From Nostoc punctiforme PCC 73102 (lineage in GTDB: Bacteria > Cyanobacteriota > Cyanobacteriia > Cyanobacteriales > Nostocaceae), in contig NC_010628.1 of assembly GCF_000020025.1 (NCBI RefSeq), forward strand, positions 6,540,001 through 6,572,000: DNA of 32,000 nt. The letters run 5' to 3'. Below, in pieces: positions 1-9,572 of this stretch; positions within the stretch are counted from its first letter, which is position 1, and each line of letters opens with the position of its first letter. Below the pieces are notes generated by a model. The model saw only the letters and a list, made by a program, of their open reading frames with translations, was not told the DNA's origin and ran no database searches. The position numbers and the translations under genes were made by a program.

Positions 1-756
1 TGGCAAACAGACCGAGATTTACTTCACCATAATAATGTTCTGGGTACGCGCAATGTCTTGGTAGCAGCTAATAAAGCTGGCATTGAACGCACCGTTTATA
101 CCAGTTCAGTTGCCGCAATTGGGGTAGGGCCGTTTGGCCAAGTGGTCGATGAAACACATCAGAGTCCCCTAGAAAAGTTGGTGGGTAACTACAAAAAGTC
201 TAAGTTTCTGGCTGAACAAGAAGCCATGCAAGCCGTTGCTACAGGTCAAGAGGTAGTTATTGTCAATCCCAGCAGCCCTATTGGATCGTTAGATATCAAA
301 CCTACCCCGACAGGTGATATAATCTTACGGTTTTTACGACGGCAAATGCCCTTTTATTTAGATACTGGTCTTAATTTTATCGATGTGCGGGATGTAGCGT
401 GGGGGCATTTACTGGCCTTGCAACGAGGTAAGCCAGGCGATCGCTATATCTTAGGTCATCAAAATCTAAGTCTCAAAGAACTACTCGAACAACTTGCCGA
501 TATCACAGGTTTGATCGCACCTCAACGCACAGTACCCGCTTGGTTGCCCTTTACTGCTGCCTGGGTTGATGAAAATATTCTCGCACCCTTGGGAAAATCG
601 CCCTCAGTGCCATTGGATGGTGTTCGGATGGCGAAACAACCGATGTATTACAATGCTTCAAAGGCTGTACGAGAGTTAGGTCTACCTCAATCTTCGCTGA
701 AAGCAGCACTCAAAGATGCTGTGGATTGGTTTGTTGCTCAGGGTTATGTCAAATGA
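1..756 (+). CDS. hpnA: Hopanoid-associated NAD-dependent sugar epimerase/dehydratase (HpnA-like); N-terminus lies upstream of the window
   Basis: Frame 1 is open from base 1 (WQTDRDLLHHNNVLGTRNVL precedes the listed Met at 58), so this is only the C-terminal ~250 aa. Extended-SDR signatures are present: YTSSVAAIG, YKKSKFLAEQ (YxxxK), VIVNPSSPIG, DIKPTPTG, DGVRMAK. It sits directly upstream of hpnH. Confidence 0.8.
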   Translation, partial: WQTDRDLLHHNNVLGTRNVLVAANKAGIERTVYTSSVAAIGVGPFGQVVDETHQSPLEKLVGNYKKSKFLAEQEAMQAVATGQEVVIVNPSSPIGSLDIKPTPTGDIILRFLRRQMPFYLDTGLNFIDVRDVAWGHLLALQRGKPGDRYILGHQNLSLKELLEQLADITGLIAPQRTVPAWLPFTAAWVDENILAPLGKSPSVPLDGVRMAKQPMYYNASKAVRELGLPQSSLKAALKDAVDWFVAQGYVK

Positions 757-872
757 AAAATATAGCGATTTATGTGTGGATGCAATAGACAGTAGGGGTG
801 CAAGACCTTGCGGCCCTAAGAAGGTTTTATGTTTTCCTGTGGTGTTTTTATAAAAGAGGAGCGATCGCAACA

Positions 873-1892
873 ATGGCAGTTAATATACAACAAGCTATGG
901 ATATCGGGAAGTATCTGGTTACTCAGCGTTTGAAAGGACGTAAACGCTTCCCCTTAGTATTGATGTTGGAACCTCTTTTTCGTTGTAATCTAGCCTGTAC
1001 TGGTTGTGGTAAAATCCAACATCCCAAGGAAATATTAAAGCAAAATCTCACCCCAGAACAGTGCTTTACCGCAGTGGAAGAGTGCGGCGCACCAGTTGTA
1101 TCAATTCCTGGAGGAGAACCTCTGCTACACCCCCAAATTGATGAAATTGTTCAAGGATTAATTGAGCGCAAGAAATATATTTACTTGTGTACCAATGGTT
1201 TGTTGTTAGAAAAGAGCCTGGATAAGTTTCAACCTTCACCTTACCTGACTTTTAGCGTGCATTTAGATGGAATGCGCGAGTTACACGATCATTGTGTAGA
1301 CCGCCAAGGTGTTTTTGATATTGCCGTCAAAGCTATCCGCGCTGCTAAAGCTAAAGGTTTTCGTGTCACCACTAACACAACTATCTTTGAGGGTACTAAA
1401 CCCCAAGACATGCAAGAGTTCTTCGACTTTTTGGAAACCCTAAATACTGACGGGATGATGATTTCTCCCGGCTACAGTTACGAGTGGGCACCAGATCAAG
1501 ATCATTTTCTCCACCGCGAACAAACCCGCACCCTCTTCCGGCAAATTCTGGCTCCCTACAAAGCTGGTGAAAAAAACTGGAACTTCAATCACAATCCACT
1601 GTTCTTAGATTTTCTTACTGGTGAAAAGGACTACGAATGCACGCCTTGGGGTAGCCCTAGTTATAGTGTTCTCGGTTGGCAAAAACCTTGTTATCTGCTG
1701 AACGAAGGTTATTACTCTACCTTCAAGGAATTACTGGCACAAACTGATTGGAGTCAATACGGACAGAAGAGTGGTAATCCCAAGTGTGCCGATTGCATGG
1801 TTCACTGCGGCTACGAACCCACCGCCGCAATGGATGCAATGCAACCGCAAAATATGGCGCGTGCCCTAGGCAGCGTGTTTGGCAGGAATTAA
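873..1892 (+). CDS. hpnH: Adenosyl-hopene transferase, radical SAM (HpnH)
   Basis: Radical-SAM CxxxCxxC occurs in [17 protein letters not shown], with GGEPLLHP and a C-terminal Cys cluster [13 protein letters not shown] prefer the ATG at 873 ([15 protein letters not shown]...) over the ORF-track start at 798, which adds 25 residues with no family resemblance. Confidence 0.88.
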   Translation: MAVNIQQAMDIGKYLVTQRLKGRKRFPLVLMLEPLFRCNLACTGCGKIQHPKEILKQNLTPEQCFTAVEECGAPVVSIPGGEPLLHPQIDEIVQGLIERKKYIYLCTNGLLLEKSLDKFQPSPYLTFSVHLDGMRELHDHCVDRQGVFDIAVKAIRAAKAKGFRVTTNTTIFEGTKPQDMQEFFDFLETLNTDGMMISPGYSYEWAPDQDHFLHREQTRTLFRQILAPYKAGEKNWNFNHNPLFLDFLTGEKDYECTPWGSPSYSVLGWQKPCYLLNEGYYSTFKELLAQTDWSQYGQKSGNPKCADCMVHCGYEPTAAMDAMQPQNMARALGSVFGRN

Positions 1893-2185
1893 TAATCAGG
1901 GGAAAAGGGGAAAAGGAACCCCATATTTAAAAACCTTGTTTTTACCCCTATCTTTTTAATCTCTTGCTTCGTTGTCAACCCGCCTTGGAATTTATTCCAA
2001 GGCTAATAGCTCAATTCCTTTTAATGATGTAGATATTGATATAGGACTTACAAAAACAATACATAGGTAAAATTAAAGTTCACTCAAGTGGACTTTAACT
2101 GTTACAGAAATGTAAGTAATAACAAATATTTAAAAACAGCCCAGCGCTGGATTTTATCAATGTTTTCAATCACTATCCACTTAAT

Positions 2186-2863
2186 TTACCTGGCTTTACT
2201 TGGAACACCAGTAAACGCGAAAAACTGTTGTTCTTTGGGTGCAGCTAAACTTTCACCAAGGTAACGATGAATACCTACTCCCATGTCTCCGGTTGCGGTG
2301 AGTTTGAAGTTCACTTCTTCAAATCCATATTCACGGAAAAATTTACGCACAGTCTCAGAGTGGGGAATACCGTTAGAGTGTCCACGAGTCCAAATTACAA
2401 AAGCACCCTGTTTGCTCAGAAAACTCAGGTTCGCTAGCAAGCGATTTAGTTCAGCTTCATCTGCAAGATTGCCAAATACACCACAGACAATCACAATGTC
2501 TGCTGGCACTGCTCCTAAATAATTAGAGGAGAGAGTTGCATCACCATTGATAAACTCAATTTGTTTTGTCAAACCCAAGGATTCTATTGTTTGTTGTCCA
2601 CGTTCAACTAGGTGTGGATTTAGCTCTACGAGTCGGGCATAAACATCTTTTGCTCGTGGGTGATTTGATAGCGTTCCTAGCAAATCTCGTCCATCGCCCG
2701 CGCAAACACTAACTACACGGATTAACCCTGGTTCGGGCAAATTCAAGCTATAGGAAATGTATTCCTGCACAATTTGCAAGCGTTGTTGCAATTTTGGTTC
2801 GTTCTTGTAGAGGTCGTGCCATTCAAACCAGTCTTTTACCATATAGATGATTTCCGTTGCCAT
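2186..2863 (-). CDS. Class I SAM-dependent methyltransferase, substrate unknown
   Basis: A Rossmann SAM-binding motif I variant VVSVCAGDGRDLLG is followed by an acidic loop (RLVELN) and IVIVCGVFGNL. The ORF-track start at 2872 is TTG. The ATG at 2863 (MATEII...) or 2842 (MVKDW...) is more likely. Confidence 0.7.
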   Translation of the reverse strand: MATEIIYMVKDWFEWHDLYKNEPKLQQRLQIVQEYISYSLNLPEPGLIRVVSVCAGDGRDLLGTLSNHPRAKDVYARLVELNPHLVERGQQTIESLGLTKQIEFINGDATLSSNYLGAVPADIVIVCGVFGNLADEAELNRLLANLSFLSKQGAFVIWTRGHSNGIPHSETVRKFFREYGFEEVNFKLTATGDMGVGIHRYLGESLAAPKEQQFFAFTGVPSKAR

Positions 2864-3529
2864 TAACCACAAGTTTGCAAAATTACAGATATACCTGTAT
2901 AAATCAAAAAACTACGGCAATTTTATCAAAAAACCGTAGTTTCTATTGAATACAGAGTATCATGAAAAATTCTCCAAAATCAAGTCTTTTTTCTTTATAA
3001 AAGTTGAGAGCAGAGACGCGAAGAAATTGCACTTATTACTTTGTATCGATACAATGCAGCCGTAAATATGCTGTGTGCCCTTGGTAGAAGATGCCAAGTA
3101 GCAAATACTACAAGAGTTCAAGATGCGATACCTGCGGTGGACTACGCCTACGCATTCTTTAAGGGATTTCCCTGAAAGAAATTTCCAGTATTTTTAGAGT
3201 GCTGAGAAGTTAACCTAAATGTAAAGTTATGTAAATGAAATTAACAAACATAACAATAATTTGTAATAAATAATGACGCGGCAGCATTGTATAAAGAGAA
3301 CTTGGAAGTAAAAAACAACATCTTAATCAGGTTTTCCAGTCGTTCATAGAAGTTTGAAGTTTTTTAACAAAAGTTTTAATCTGAAAGCCTGGAGATCGTA
3401 AACTTATTTCGTGGATGTCTGTTTTAAACCTTTCGTAACTCGTCAGGCAGTGCTGACATCAAAAAAAGCTGAACCATTCAGTTTTGAGTCCAATTATTCT
3501 TAACCAAGCAAAGTAGGAGATTTAACGCA

Positions 3530-4051
3530 ATGGTTTTAGATGCATTTGCAAAAGTAGTTTCCCAAGCTGATACACGTGGGGAATACCTCTCCGATGCACA
3601 ATTGGATGCATTGAGTGAACTAGTCAAAGATGGTAACAAGCGTGCAGATGCTGTTAACCGTATTACCAGCAATGCTTCCGCTCTTGTTGCTGCTGCGGCT
3701 CGTGATTTGTGGGCAGAACAACCCCAATTGATCACTCCCGGTGGTAATGCTTACACCAGCCGTCGCGCTGCTGCTTGCATCAGAGACTTGGACATCATTC
3801 TTCGCTACATCACATACGCAATCTTTGCTGGCGATTCCAGCGTGTTAGACGATCGTGCCCTCAACGGCTTGCGTGAAACCTACTTGGCATTGGGAACCCC
3901 AGGAGCTTCAGTTGCTGTTGGTATTCAAAAGCTAAAAGCTGCTTCCCTAGCAATTGTCAACGATACAAACAACATCACCAGAGGCGATTGCAGCGCTTTA
4001 TCAGCTGAAATTGCTAGCTATTTTGATCGTGCTGCTTCAGCAGTAGCTTAA
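3530..4051 (+). CDS. cpcB: C-phycocyanin beta subunit
   Basis: Phycobiliprotein beta subunit. Bilin-attachment Cys residues lie in AACIRD (Cys-82 equivalent) and GDCSAL (Cys-153 equivalent). PGGNAYT (methyl-Asn site), NRITSNAS and LRYITYA are present, and an AGGAGA SD lies ~10 nt upstream. It is followed by cpcA and the cpcC/D/E/F genes. Confidence 0.9.
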   Translation: MVLDAFAKVVSQADTRGEYLSDAQLDALSELVKDGNKRADAVNRITSNASALVAAAARDLWAEQPQLITPGGNAYTSRRAAACIRDLDIILRYITYAIFAGDSSVLDDRALNGLRETYLALGTPGASVAVGIQKLKAASLAIVNDTNNITRGDCSALSAEIASYFDRAASAVA

Positions 4052-4140
4052 GGCAAATATTGCTGCTATTGACTGAGATAGTTGTCCATTAGGACAAAAC
4101 AAAATTTCAACCAAATTTTTGTAAAAGGGAAATACCAAAA

Positions 4141-4632
4141 ATGACAAAAACACCTCTAACTGAAGCAATTGCATCGGCTGACTCTCAAGGTCGTTACCTC
4201 AGCAGCACCGAAATTCAAGTTGCTTTTGGTCGCTTCCGTCAAGCTCCAGCTAGCTTACAAGCAGCAAAAGCATTGAGCGCTAATGCTCAACGCTTGACCG
4301 AAGGTGCTGCTCAAGCAGTATATAACAAGTTCCCTTACACCACTCAACAACAAGGCCCTAACTTCGCGTCTGATGCACGCGGTAAAGGCAAGTGTGTTCG
4401 TGATGTTGGCTACTACTTGCGGATTATCACATACGCTTTAGTTGTTGGTGGTACAGGCCCCTTGGACGATTTCTTGATTTCTGGCTTGGCTGAAATCAAC
4501 CGGACTTTTGACCTGTCTCCTAGCTGGTACATTGAAGCTCTCAAGTACATCAAAGCTAACCACGGTCTAAGCGGCGACCCAGCTGTTGAAGCAAATTCCT
4601 ACATCGACTATGTAATCAATACTCTAAGCTAG
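4141..4632 (+). CDS. cpcA: C-phycocyanin alpha subunit
   Basis: Motifs: [11 protein letters not shown] (Cys-84 bilin site), [35 protein letters not shown]. As I recall the consensus sequences, this is much closer to CpcA than to PecA. Confidence 0.9.
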   Translation: MTKTPLTEAIASADSQGRYLSSTEIQVAFGRFRQAPASLQAAKALSANAQRLTEGAAQAVYNKFPYTTQQQGPNFASDARGKGKCVRDVGYYLRIITYALVVGGTGPLDDFLISGLAEINRTFDLSPSWYIEALKYIKANHGLSGDPAVEANSYIDYVINTLS

Positions 4633-4644
4633 AGTGTTTTTTTA

Positions 4645-4718
4645 GCCCGGAGAGGAAATCAGCTCTTATGACAAGTGAGTTCTATGAGTTGCTTACCTCT
4701 CCGGGCAGTTTTATTTTC
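4645..4718 (+). terminator. Hairpin plus U-tract immediately after cpcA (candidate partial terminator or transcript-stabilising element)
   Basis: GCCCGGAGAGG (4645-4655) pairs perfectly with CCTCTCCGGGC (4696-4706). The loop is 40 nt and the stem is followed by AGTTTTATTTTC. It lies 13 nt after the cpcA stop and before cpcC. Confidence 0.5.
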
Positions 4719-4795
4719 AAAAGACTGTTAAAAAACTAGAAAAAATTTTTCTAAAAAGTTTTCAGTTTTGCAGTAAAAACTGAGGAGGTTTAAAG

Positions 4796-5608
4796 ATGGC
4801 AGCTTTGGGACAAGCAGCAAGACTAGGGATTGGAGCATTTGAAAACTCAGCACCTGTAGAACTACGCCCCGATAGAACTGAAGCAGATGTAGCAGTGGTT
4901 ATCCGGGCAGCTTACCGCCAGGTTTTGGGTAATGCATACCTCCTAGAGGGAGAGCGTCTAGAAAGTGCAGAATCGCTTTTGCAGCAAGGTTTAATCTCGG
5001 TTCGGGGATTTGTGCAAGCTATTGCTCAATCGGAACTCTATCGGGACAAGTTTTTTTACTCCAATTCGCAAACTCGGTTTATCGAGTTAAATTATAAGCA
5101 TTTATTGGGGCGTGCCCCAGAAGATGAGTCAGAGATTTCGTACCATGTTGAGCTTTACAACTCACAAGGTTACGAAGCTGAAATTAATTCCTACATTGAC
5201 TCATTAGAATATCAAGAAAGTTTTGGCGAAAATATCGTGCCCTACTATCGAGGCTTTAAAAGTCAAGTAGGACAGAAAAATGTTGGATATAGCCGACTGT
5301 TCCAACTGTATCGGGGTTATGCGAATAGCGATCGCGCCCAAGGACAAAAACAAGGACGGCTAACCTGGGAAGTTGCTAAAAATCTAGCTTCACCCATTTA
5401 TCCAGTCTCCGCTGGAGCCTTAACCGGCCTCTCTACAGGTGGTCGTGGGGAAACATATCGCATCAGAGTGCTACAAGCAGCTTCCCCCAACTCAACTGTA
5501 GTGCGCCGTGGGACTGCGGAATTAATCGTACCCTACGAGCAACTTTCTAGTAAATTACAGCAGTTGAATCGTAAGGGCAGTAGAGTTATTAGCATTACTG
5601 CCGTATAA
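4796..5608 (+). CDS. cpcC: Phycobilisome rod linker polypeptide (CpcC-type, PBS-linker domain plus CpcD-like domain), copy 1
   Basis: PBS-linker motifs: [46 protein letters not shown]. The C-terminal CpcD-like domain reads YRIRV...[24 protein letters not shown] strong SD GAGGAGG sits just upstream. Confidence 0.9.
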   Translation: MAALGQAARLGIGAFENSAPVELRPDRTEADVAVVIRAAYRQVLGNAYLLEGERLESAESLLQQGLISVRGFVQAIAQSELYRDKFFYSNSQTRFIELNYKHLLGRAPEDESEISYHVELYNSQGYEAEINSYIDSLEYQESFGENIVPYYRGFKSQVGQKNVGYSRLFQLYRGYANSDRAQGQKQGRLTWEVAKNLASPIYPVSAGALTGLSTGGRGETYRIRVLQAASPNSTVVRRGTAELIVPYEQLSSKLQQLNRKGSRVISITAV

Positions 5609-5632
5609 ATAGGGAATCGGCAATTAAGTGAA

Positions 5633-5724
5633 GAGTTAGGAGTTGGGAGTGAGGAGTAAGGATTTAGAAGTTATGAGTTTGAAATTCCTAACTTAACTAT
5701 ACCCCTACTCTTAACTCCTAACTC
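5633..5724. repeat. Imperfect inverted repeat built from TAACTCC/GGAGTTA units in the cpcC-cpcC spacer
   Basis: Left arm GAGTTAGGAGTTGGGAGTGAGG (5633-5654) is complementary to right arm CCCTACTCTTAACTCCTAACTC (5703-5724) at about 18 of 22 positions by eye. The right arm contains tandem TAACTCC heptamers. Confidence 0.6.
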
Positions 5725-5764
5725 CTAATTTTTCCAACTACTAATTACAAAAGGAAAATTACCA

Positions 5765-6634
5765 ATGGCCATTACAACAGCAGCGTCCCGTCTAGGAACG
5801 GAACCTTTTAGCGACCAATCTCCTGTAGAATTGCGTCCCAATGCAAGTAAAGAAGATATAGAGAGAGTAATCGCTGCCGTCTATCGTCAGGTGTTGGGCA
5901 ACAACTATATATTGGCATCTGATCGGCTTACAAGTGCTGAATCTATCCTGCGCGATGGAAAAAATACAGTGCAAGAATTTGTGCGTCAAGTTGCCAAATC
6001 AGAACTGTACAAATCCAAGTTTTTCTACGACAATTTCCAAACTCGCGTTATCGAACTGAACTATAAACATTTGTTGGGTCGTGCCCCTTATGATGAGTCT
6101 GAAGTGGTCTATCACTTGGACTTGTACCAAAACAAGGGATATGAAGCTGACATCGATTCTTATATTGATTCGCCAGAGTATCAATCTAGCTTTGGTGAAA
6201 ATATAGTTCCTTACTATCGCGGCTTTAACACCCAAACAGGGCAGAAAACTGTAGGATTCAGCCGGATATTCCAACTTTATCGCGGCTATGCCAGTAGCGA
6301 TACTTCCCAACTCAAAGGCAAATCCTCCCGCCTTGCAGCCGAACTAGGCCGCAACAGTGCATCTGTTGTTGTTCCTCCATCCGGTGCTTCTTCTGGTTTT
6401 TCATACGTTCCTTCCGAAAAAGGTGTTACCCCCAACAGTACTTTTGGTGGTGCAGGAACTTTTGGTAAAGAAGGCAGACTCTACCGAATTGAAGTAGCAG
6501 GCGTTTTTGGTGCTGGTTATCCTAGTACACGCCGTGTCAATCAAGCGGTGGTAATACCTTATGAAGAACTATCTAGTTACTTCCAAAGAGTGGTAAAACA
6601 AGGTGGTAAAATAGCCAGTGTAAAACCCCTTTAG
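5765..6634 (+). CDS. cpcC: Phycobilisome rod linker polypeptide (CpcC-type), copy 2
   Basis: Paralog of the preceding gene: [53 protein letters not shown]. The C-terminal CpcD-like domain reads LYRIEV...[23 protein letters not shown]. Confidence 0.9.
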   Translation: MAITTAASRLGTEPFSDQSPVELRPNASKEDIERVIAAVYRQVLGNNYILASDRLTSAESILRDGKNTVQEFVRQVAKSELYKSKFFYDNFQTRVIELNYKHLLGRAPYDESEVVYHLDLYQNKGYEADIDSYIDSPEYQSSFGENIVPYYRGFNTQTGQKTVGFSRIFQLYRGYASSDTSQLKGKSSRLAAELGRNSASVVVPPSGASSGFSYVPSEKGVTPNSTFGGAGTFGKEGRLYRIEVAGVFGAGYPSTRRVNQAVVIPYEELSSYFQRVVKQGGKIASVKPL

Positions 6635-6649
6635 TGTCATTTGTCAATA

Positions 6650-6679
6650 GTCAATAGTCATTGATTAATGACTATTGAC
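6650..6679 (+). repeat. Perfect 13-bp-stem hairpin between cpcC (copy 2) and cpcD
   Basis: GTCAATAGTCATT (6650-6662), loop GATT, AATGACTATTGAC (6667-6679). It is preceded by a direct TCAATAG TCAATAG duplication. No U-tract follows. Confidence 0.7.
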
Positions 6680-6714
6680 CAATCAATAAAAATTTTGAAA
6701 TTTGGAAGTGATTT

Positions 6715-6972
6715 ATGGTTGGACAAATTAGTGGTAGAACTAGTAGTCGTAACTTCCGGTATGAAGTTGTAGGTTTACGCCAAAGCGAAGAAACCGAAAA
6801 AACCAACTATCCAATTCGTTCTAGTGCCAGTGTCTTTATCACAGTGCCTGAGAACCGGATGAATCAAGAAATGCAGCGAATTAGTCGCTTGGGCGGTAAA
6901 ATAGTCAGTATTCAGCCATTAAACCTTGAAACGACAACAAACAGCGAACAAAGCGATCATCCTTCTTCCTAA
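6715..6972 (+). CDS. cpcD: Phycobilisome rod-capping small linker
   Basis: Single CpcD domain: FRYEVVGLRQ...ITVPENRMNQEMQRISRLGGKIVSIQP. Position in the operon is as expected for cpcD. Confidence 0.85.
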   Translation: MVGQISGRTSSRNFRYEVVGLRQSEETEKTNYPIRSSASVFITVPENRMNQEMQRISRLGGKIVSIQPLNLETTTNSEQSDHPSS

Positions 6973-7814
6973 TGAATTCCAGTCCACAGAAATTTGAAGA
7001 TTTATCAGCGACAGGTGATGTTGATGGTGGATCTTTAACAGTAGAACAAGCGATCGCTAATCTAGAAAGTGAAGATTTAGGTTTGCGATTTTATGCTGCC
7101 TGGTGGTTGGGTAGGTTTCGTATAGGTGAACCAGCTGCGGTTACAGGACTGATCAAAGCTTTAGAGGATGAAGCCGACAGAACACCAGAAGGCGGATATC
7201 CTCTAAGACGGAACGCAGCTAGAGCCTTGGGAAAACTAGGCGATCGCCAAGCAGTATCACCTTTAATTGCGTGTTTAGACTGCTCAGATTTTTATGTGCG
7301 GGAAGCAGCAGCACAATCTTTAGAAATGCTAGGCGATCCGGTTTGTATTCCCGCCCTGATCAAGCTATTAGCAGTAGGTTTACAGGCAGAGCAGCTTGTC
7401 TCACAGCAGCCTGATTTATCTCAACCCTATGAGGCCATTTTAGAAGCCTTGGGAACCTTGAGGGCAACTGAGTTTATCCCCTTGGTAAAGCCATTTTTAG
7501 AGCATCCAATTGAATTGGTGCAATATGCTGCCGCGCGGGCTATGTATCAATTAACCGAAGAACCAGCTTATGGAGAACGGTTGGTAAAGGCTTTGGCAGG
7601 TGAGAGATTGCAATTGCGTCGAGCAGTGTTAGCAGATTTGGGAGCTATTGGATATTTACCCGCAGCAGATGCGATCGCACAGACTCTTGCTGAAAATAGC
7701 CTGAAACTCATTTCTCTCAAAGGATTACTAGAACATCAAGTCAATTACGTAACACCAAGCACTTTGTCAGAAGGTGCAATTAAAGTGATTAATTTGATGG
7801 ACTCGCTATTGTAG
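6972..7814 (+). CDS. cpcE: Phycocyanobilin lyase subunit CpcE (HEAT repeats)
   Basis: Motifs: LRFYAAWWLGRFR, RRNAARALGKLGD, VREAAAQSLEMLGD. The start codon overlaps the cpcD stop (TAATG at 6970-6974). Confidence 0.85.
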   Translation: MNSSPQKFEDLSATGDVDGGSLTVEQAIANLESEDLGLRFYAAWWLGRFRIGEPAAVTGLIKALEDEADRTPEGGYPLRRNAARALGKLGDRQAVSPLIACLDCSDFYVREAAAQSLEMLGDPVCIPALIKLLAVGLQAEQLVSQQPDLSQPYEAILEALGTLRATEFIPLVKPFLEHPIELVQYAAARAMYQLTEEPAYGERLVKALAGERLQLRRAVLADLGAIGYLPAADAIAQTLAENSLKLISLKGLLEHQVNYVTPSTLSEGAIKVINLMDSLL

Positions 7815-7872
7815 TCATAAATTCTAGAGAGTAAGTTCTTATTAATACGTTACAAAAAAATGTTTATTACAG

Positions 7873-7916
7873 ATAAACCCCCAACCCAACTACAAAATAA
7901 GGGTTAGGGGGTTTAT
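7873..7916 (+). repeat. Strong hairpin in the cpcE-cpcF spacer
   Basis: ATAAACCCCCAACCC (7873-7887) pairs with GGGTTAGGGGGTTTAT (7901-7916) with one bulged A and a 13-nt loop. No U-tract follows. Confidence 0.6.
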
Positions 7917-7984
7917 GTATGATGTCAACTACGGATAACTTACGCTACAATTGGCTGACGGCTAATTACTCATGAAAAATTGTT

Positions 7985-8710
7985 ATGAATAACAGCGATC
8001 TTGCCCAAATATTGATCCGTGCTGTACAAGAAGCAGATTCGTCAGAGCGCTTAGTAGACGCAGTTCAAGAGTTAGCAGCAGCAGGTATAGAGGAATCTGT
8101 TCCTACTCTAATTGCAGCTTTGGGCTACAACAATCCAGGAGCGGCCGTGGCGGCGGTAGATGGATTGATTGCGATCGGAGAAGCCGCAGTATCGCCACTA
8201 TTGGAACTAATTGATGACTATAACTATGGTGCTAGAGCTTGGGCACTTCGTGCCTTAGCGGGAATTGGCGATGTCCGGGCGCTGGATACCTTATTTGAGG
8301 CAGCAAAAACCGATTTTTCTTTAAGTGTGCGGCGGGCGGCTGCTAGAGGATTAGGCACTTTGCGCTGGCATCAAGTACCTGCTGAGAAACTAGAATCTAT
8401 TCAGACTGAGGTATTAGAAGCACTATTACTAATTTCTCAAGATCCAGAATGGGTAGTCCGTTATGCAGCAGTGACGAGTTTAGAAACATTAGCCATTGCA
8501 ATAGCAGTTACTTTACCCGATCAAGCGTCGCGGATTACAAATCAACTACAGCAACTACTCGATACAGATGCCGACCTCGGAGTTCGTACCCGTGTCAAGT
8601 TTGCACAGCAGAAAATTCAGCAGCAACAACATCAAGAAGTATTTGCCCCGAAAAGAAAGTTACAAGAGACTGAAGTTGAAGTGCCTCATCGTGGTGGTGG
8701 TAGACGTTAA
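7985..8710 (+). CDS. cpcF: Phycocyanobilin lyase subunit CpcF (HEAT repeats) with a Gln/charge-rich C-terminal tail
   Basis: Motifs: GAAVAAVDGLIAIGEAAV, YGARAWALRALAGIGD, VRRAAARGLG, VRYAAVTSLE. It follows cpcE. I did not see the His-Cys pair that I recall being associated with the isomerising PecF. Confidence 0.8.
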   Translation: MNNSDLAQILIRAVQEADSSERLVDAVQELAAAGIEESVPTLIAALGYNNPGAAVAAVDGLIAIGEAAVSPLLELIDDYNYGARAWALRALAGIGDVRALDTLFEAAKTDFSLSVRRAAARGLGTLRWHQVPAEKLESIQTEVLEALLLISQDPEWVVRYAAVTSLETLAIAIAVTLPDQASRITNQLQQLLDTDADLGVRTRVKFAQQKIQQQQHQEVFAPKRKLQETEVEVPHRGGGRR

Positions 8711-8755
8711 ACAATTCAAAATTTCTAGCAGTAGGAGATTCGACTTAGCGGTTAC

Positions 8756-8794
8756 AAACCTCGTGTAGACGAGGTTTTACCCGCTTATGCGGGT
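8756..8794 (+). terminator. Tandem hairpins downstream of cpcF (candidate operon terminator)
   Basis: The first is AAACCTCGT-GTAG-ACGAGGTTT (8756-8777), a 9-bp stem running into TTTT. The second is ACCCGC-TTAT-GCGGGT (8779-8794). They lie in the convergent gap between cpcF and the HD gene. Confidence 0.5.
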
Positions 8795-8921
8795 TAAAAA
8801 TAAAGGGTTTAACCTTTGCTAATTTTCTTTTAGCTCAAGTTGCTGGTCTTTGTTTATGTAGCCATGTTCGCCCTTGGTGTGCCGGAGGCATCATTCCATT
8901 CACTGCGACCGTGCTGTAAAA

Positions 8922-9572
8922 TTAATCAGACAATAAAGACTGAATTTCTGCCTGGATATTGCCACGGGCAGAGGGTTCGGCGAACTCTAACATTAAAGGC
9001 GTAAAATAGATATGCGATCGCTGTAAAAATCGTTCTAAAACTTTCTGACGACCCGTGATATAGTCCTTCTCTGGAAGCCAGCCGTATTCCTGGCAAATAG
9101 CATGGGCGTATTCTTCATATTCCACTGAGTTAGCAGCCAAAATCGCTAAATCTGCATCAAGTAAAACTTGGCTATCATAGTCATTCACCGCAGCTTGGTG
9201 GTCTTTAGTGTTCAGAATCAGACGGGTGACAGTAATTATGATACTTTCTGGAATACCCAAATTACTCAGCAACTCAAAAGCATAGTCTGCACTTCGTTCT
9301 TCATTATCTTGAGCTTCAGTGTCATACACTACATCGTGAAACCAGGCAGCTAGTTGAACAGCAGCTAGGTTATTGGTGTAGCCTTGCAAAATCTGAATTG
9401 TGCTGAGGACGCGATCAATGTGTTTAAGTGTATGGTAGTAGCGACCAGGGGTAGAGTAAGCTGCAACCAATTGATTAAAGGCTTTCTCAGCCGCTAACTG
9501 GTCAACACCAAGGAGTTGGAGTGTGTGTTGCCAGTTAGAAAATAAAATATCCATAAAGTTTTCTGTAGGCAT
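8922..9572 (-). CDS. HD-superfamily metal-dependent phosphohydrolase (predicted)
   Basis: H...HD metal-binding pattern: YHTLKHIDRV and AAWFHDVVYD, with a later DADLAIL. About 216 aa and all-helical in character. Confidence 0.65.
   Translation of the reverse strand: MPTENFMDILFSNWQHTLQLLGVDQLAAEKAFNQLVAAYSTPGRYYHTLKHIDRVLSTIQILQGYTNNLAAVQLAAWFHDVVYDTEAQDNEERSADYAFELLSNLGIPESIIITVTRLILNTKDHQAAVNDYDSQVLLDADLAILAANSVEYEEYAHAICQEYGWLPEKDYITGRQKVLERFLQRSHIYFTPLMLEFAEPSARGNIQAEIQSLLSD

Noticed and set aside
798-872. Upstream extension of hpnH from the track start at 798.
   Set aside because: The extra 25 residues ([25 protein letters not shown]) overlap the hpnA-hpnH spacer and look non-proteinaceous. 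Family-like sequence begins at the ATG at 873.
2186-2863. Methyltransferase as a hopanoid methylase because it sits next to hpnH.
   Set aside because: Known hopanoid C-2/C-3 methylases (HpnP/HpnR) are radical-SAM enzymes, not small class I methyltransferases. This gene is also convergent with hpnH rather than co-oriented.
3530-8710. Possibility that the operon encodes phycoerythrocyanin (pecBACEF) rather than phycocyanin.
   Set aside because: As I recall the consensus sequences, the alpha subunit matches CpcA far better than PecA (for example [22 protein letters not shown]). A cpcD gene is present, and the F subunit lacks the His-Cys pair I recall being associated with the isomerising PecF. 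A phylogeny would settle it.
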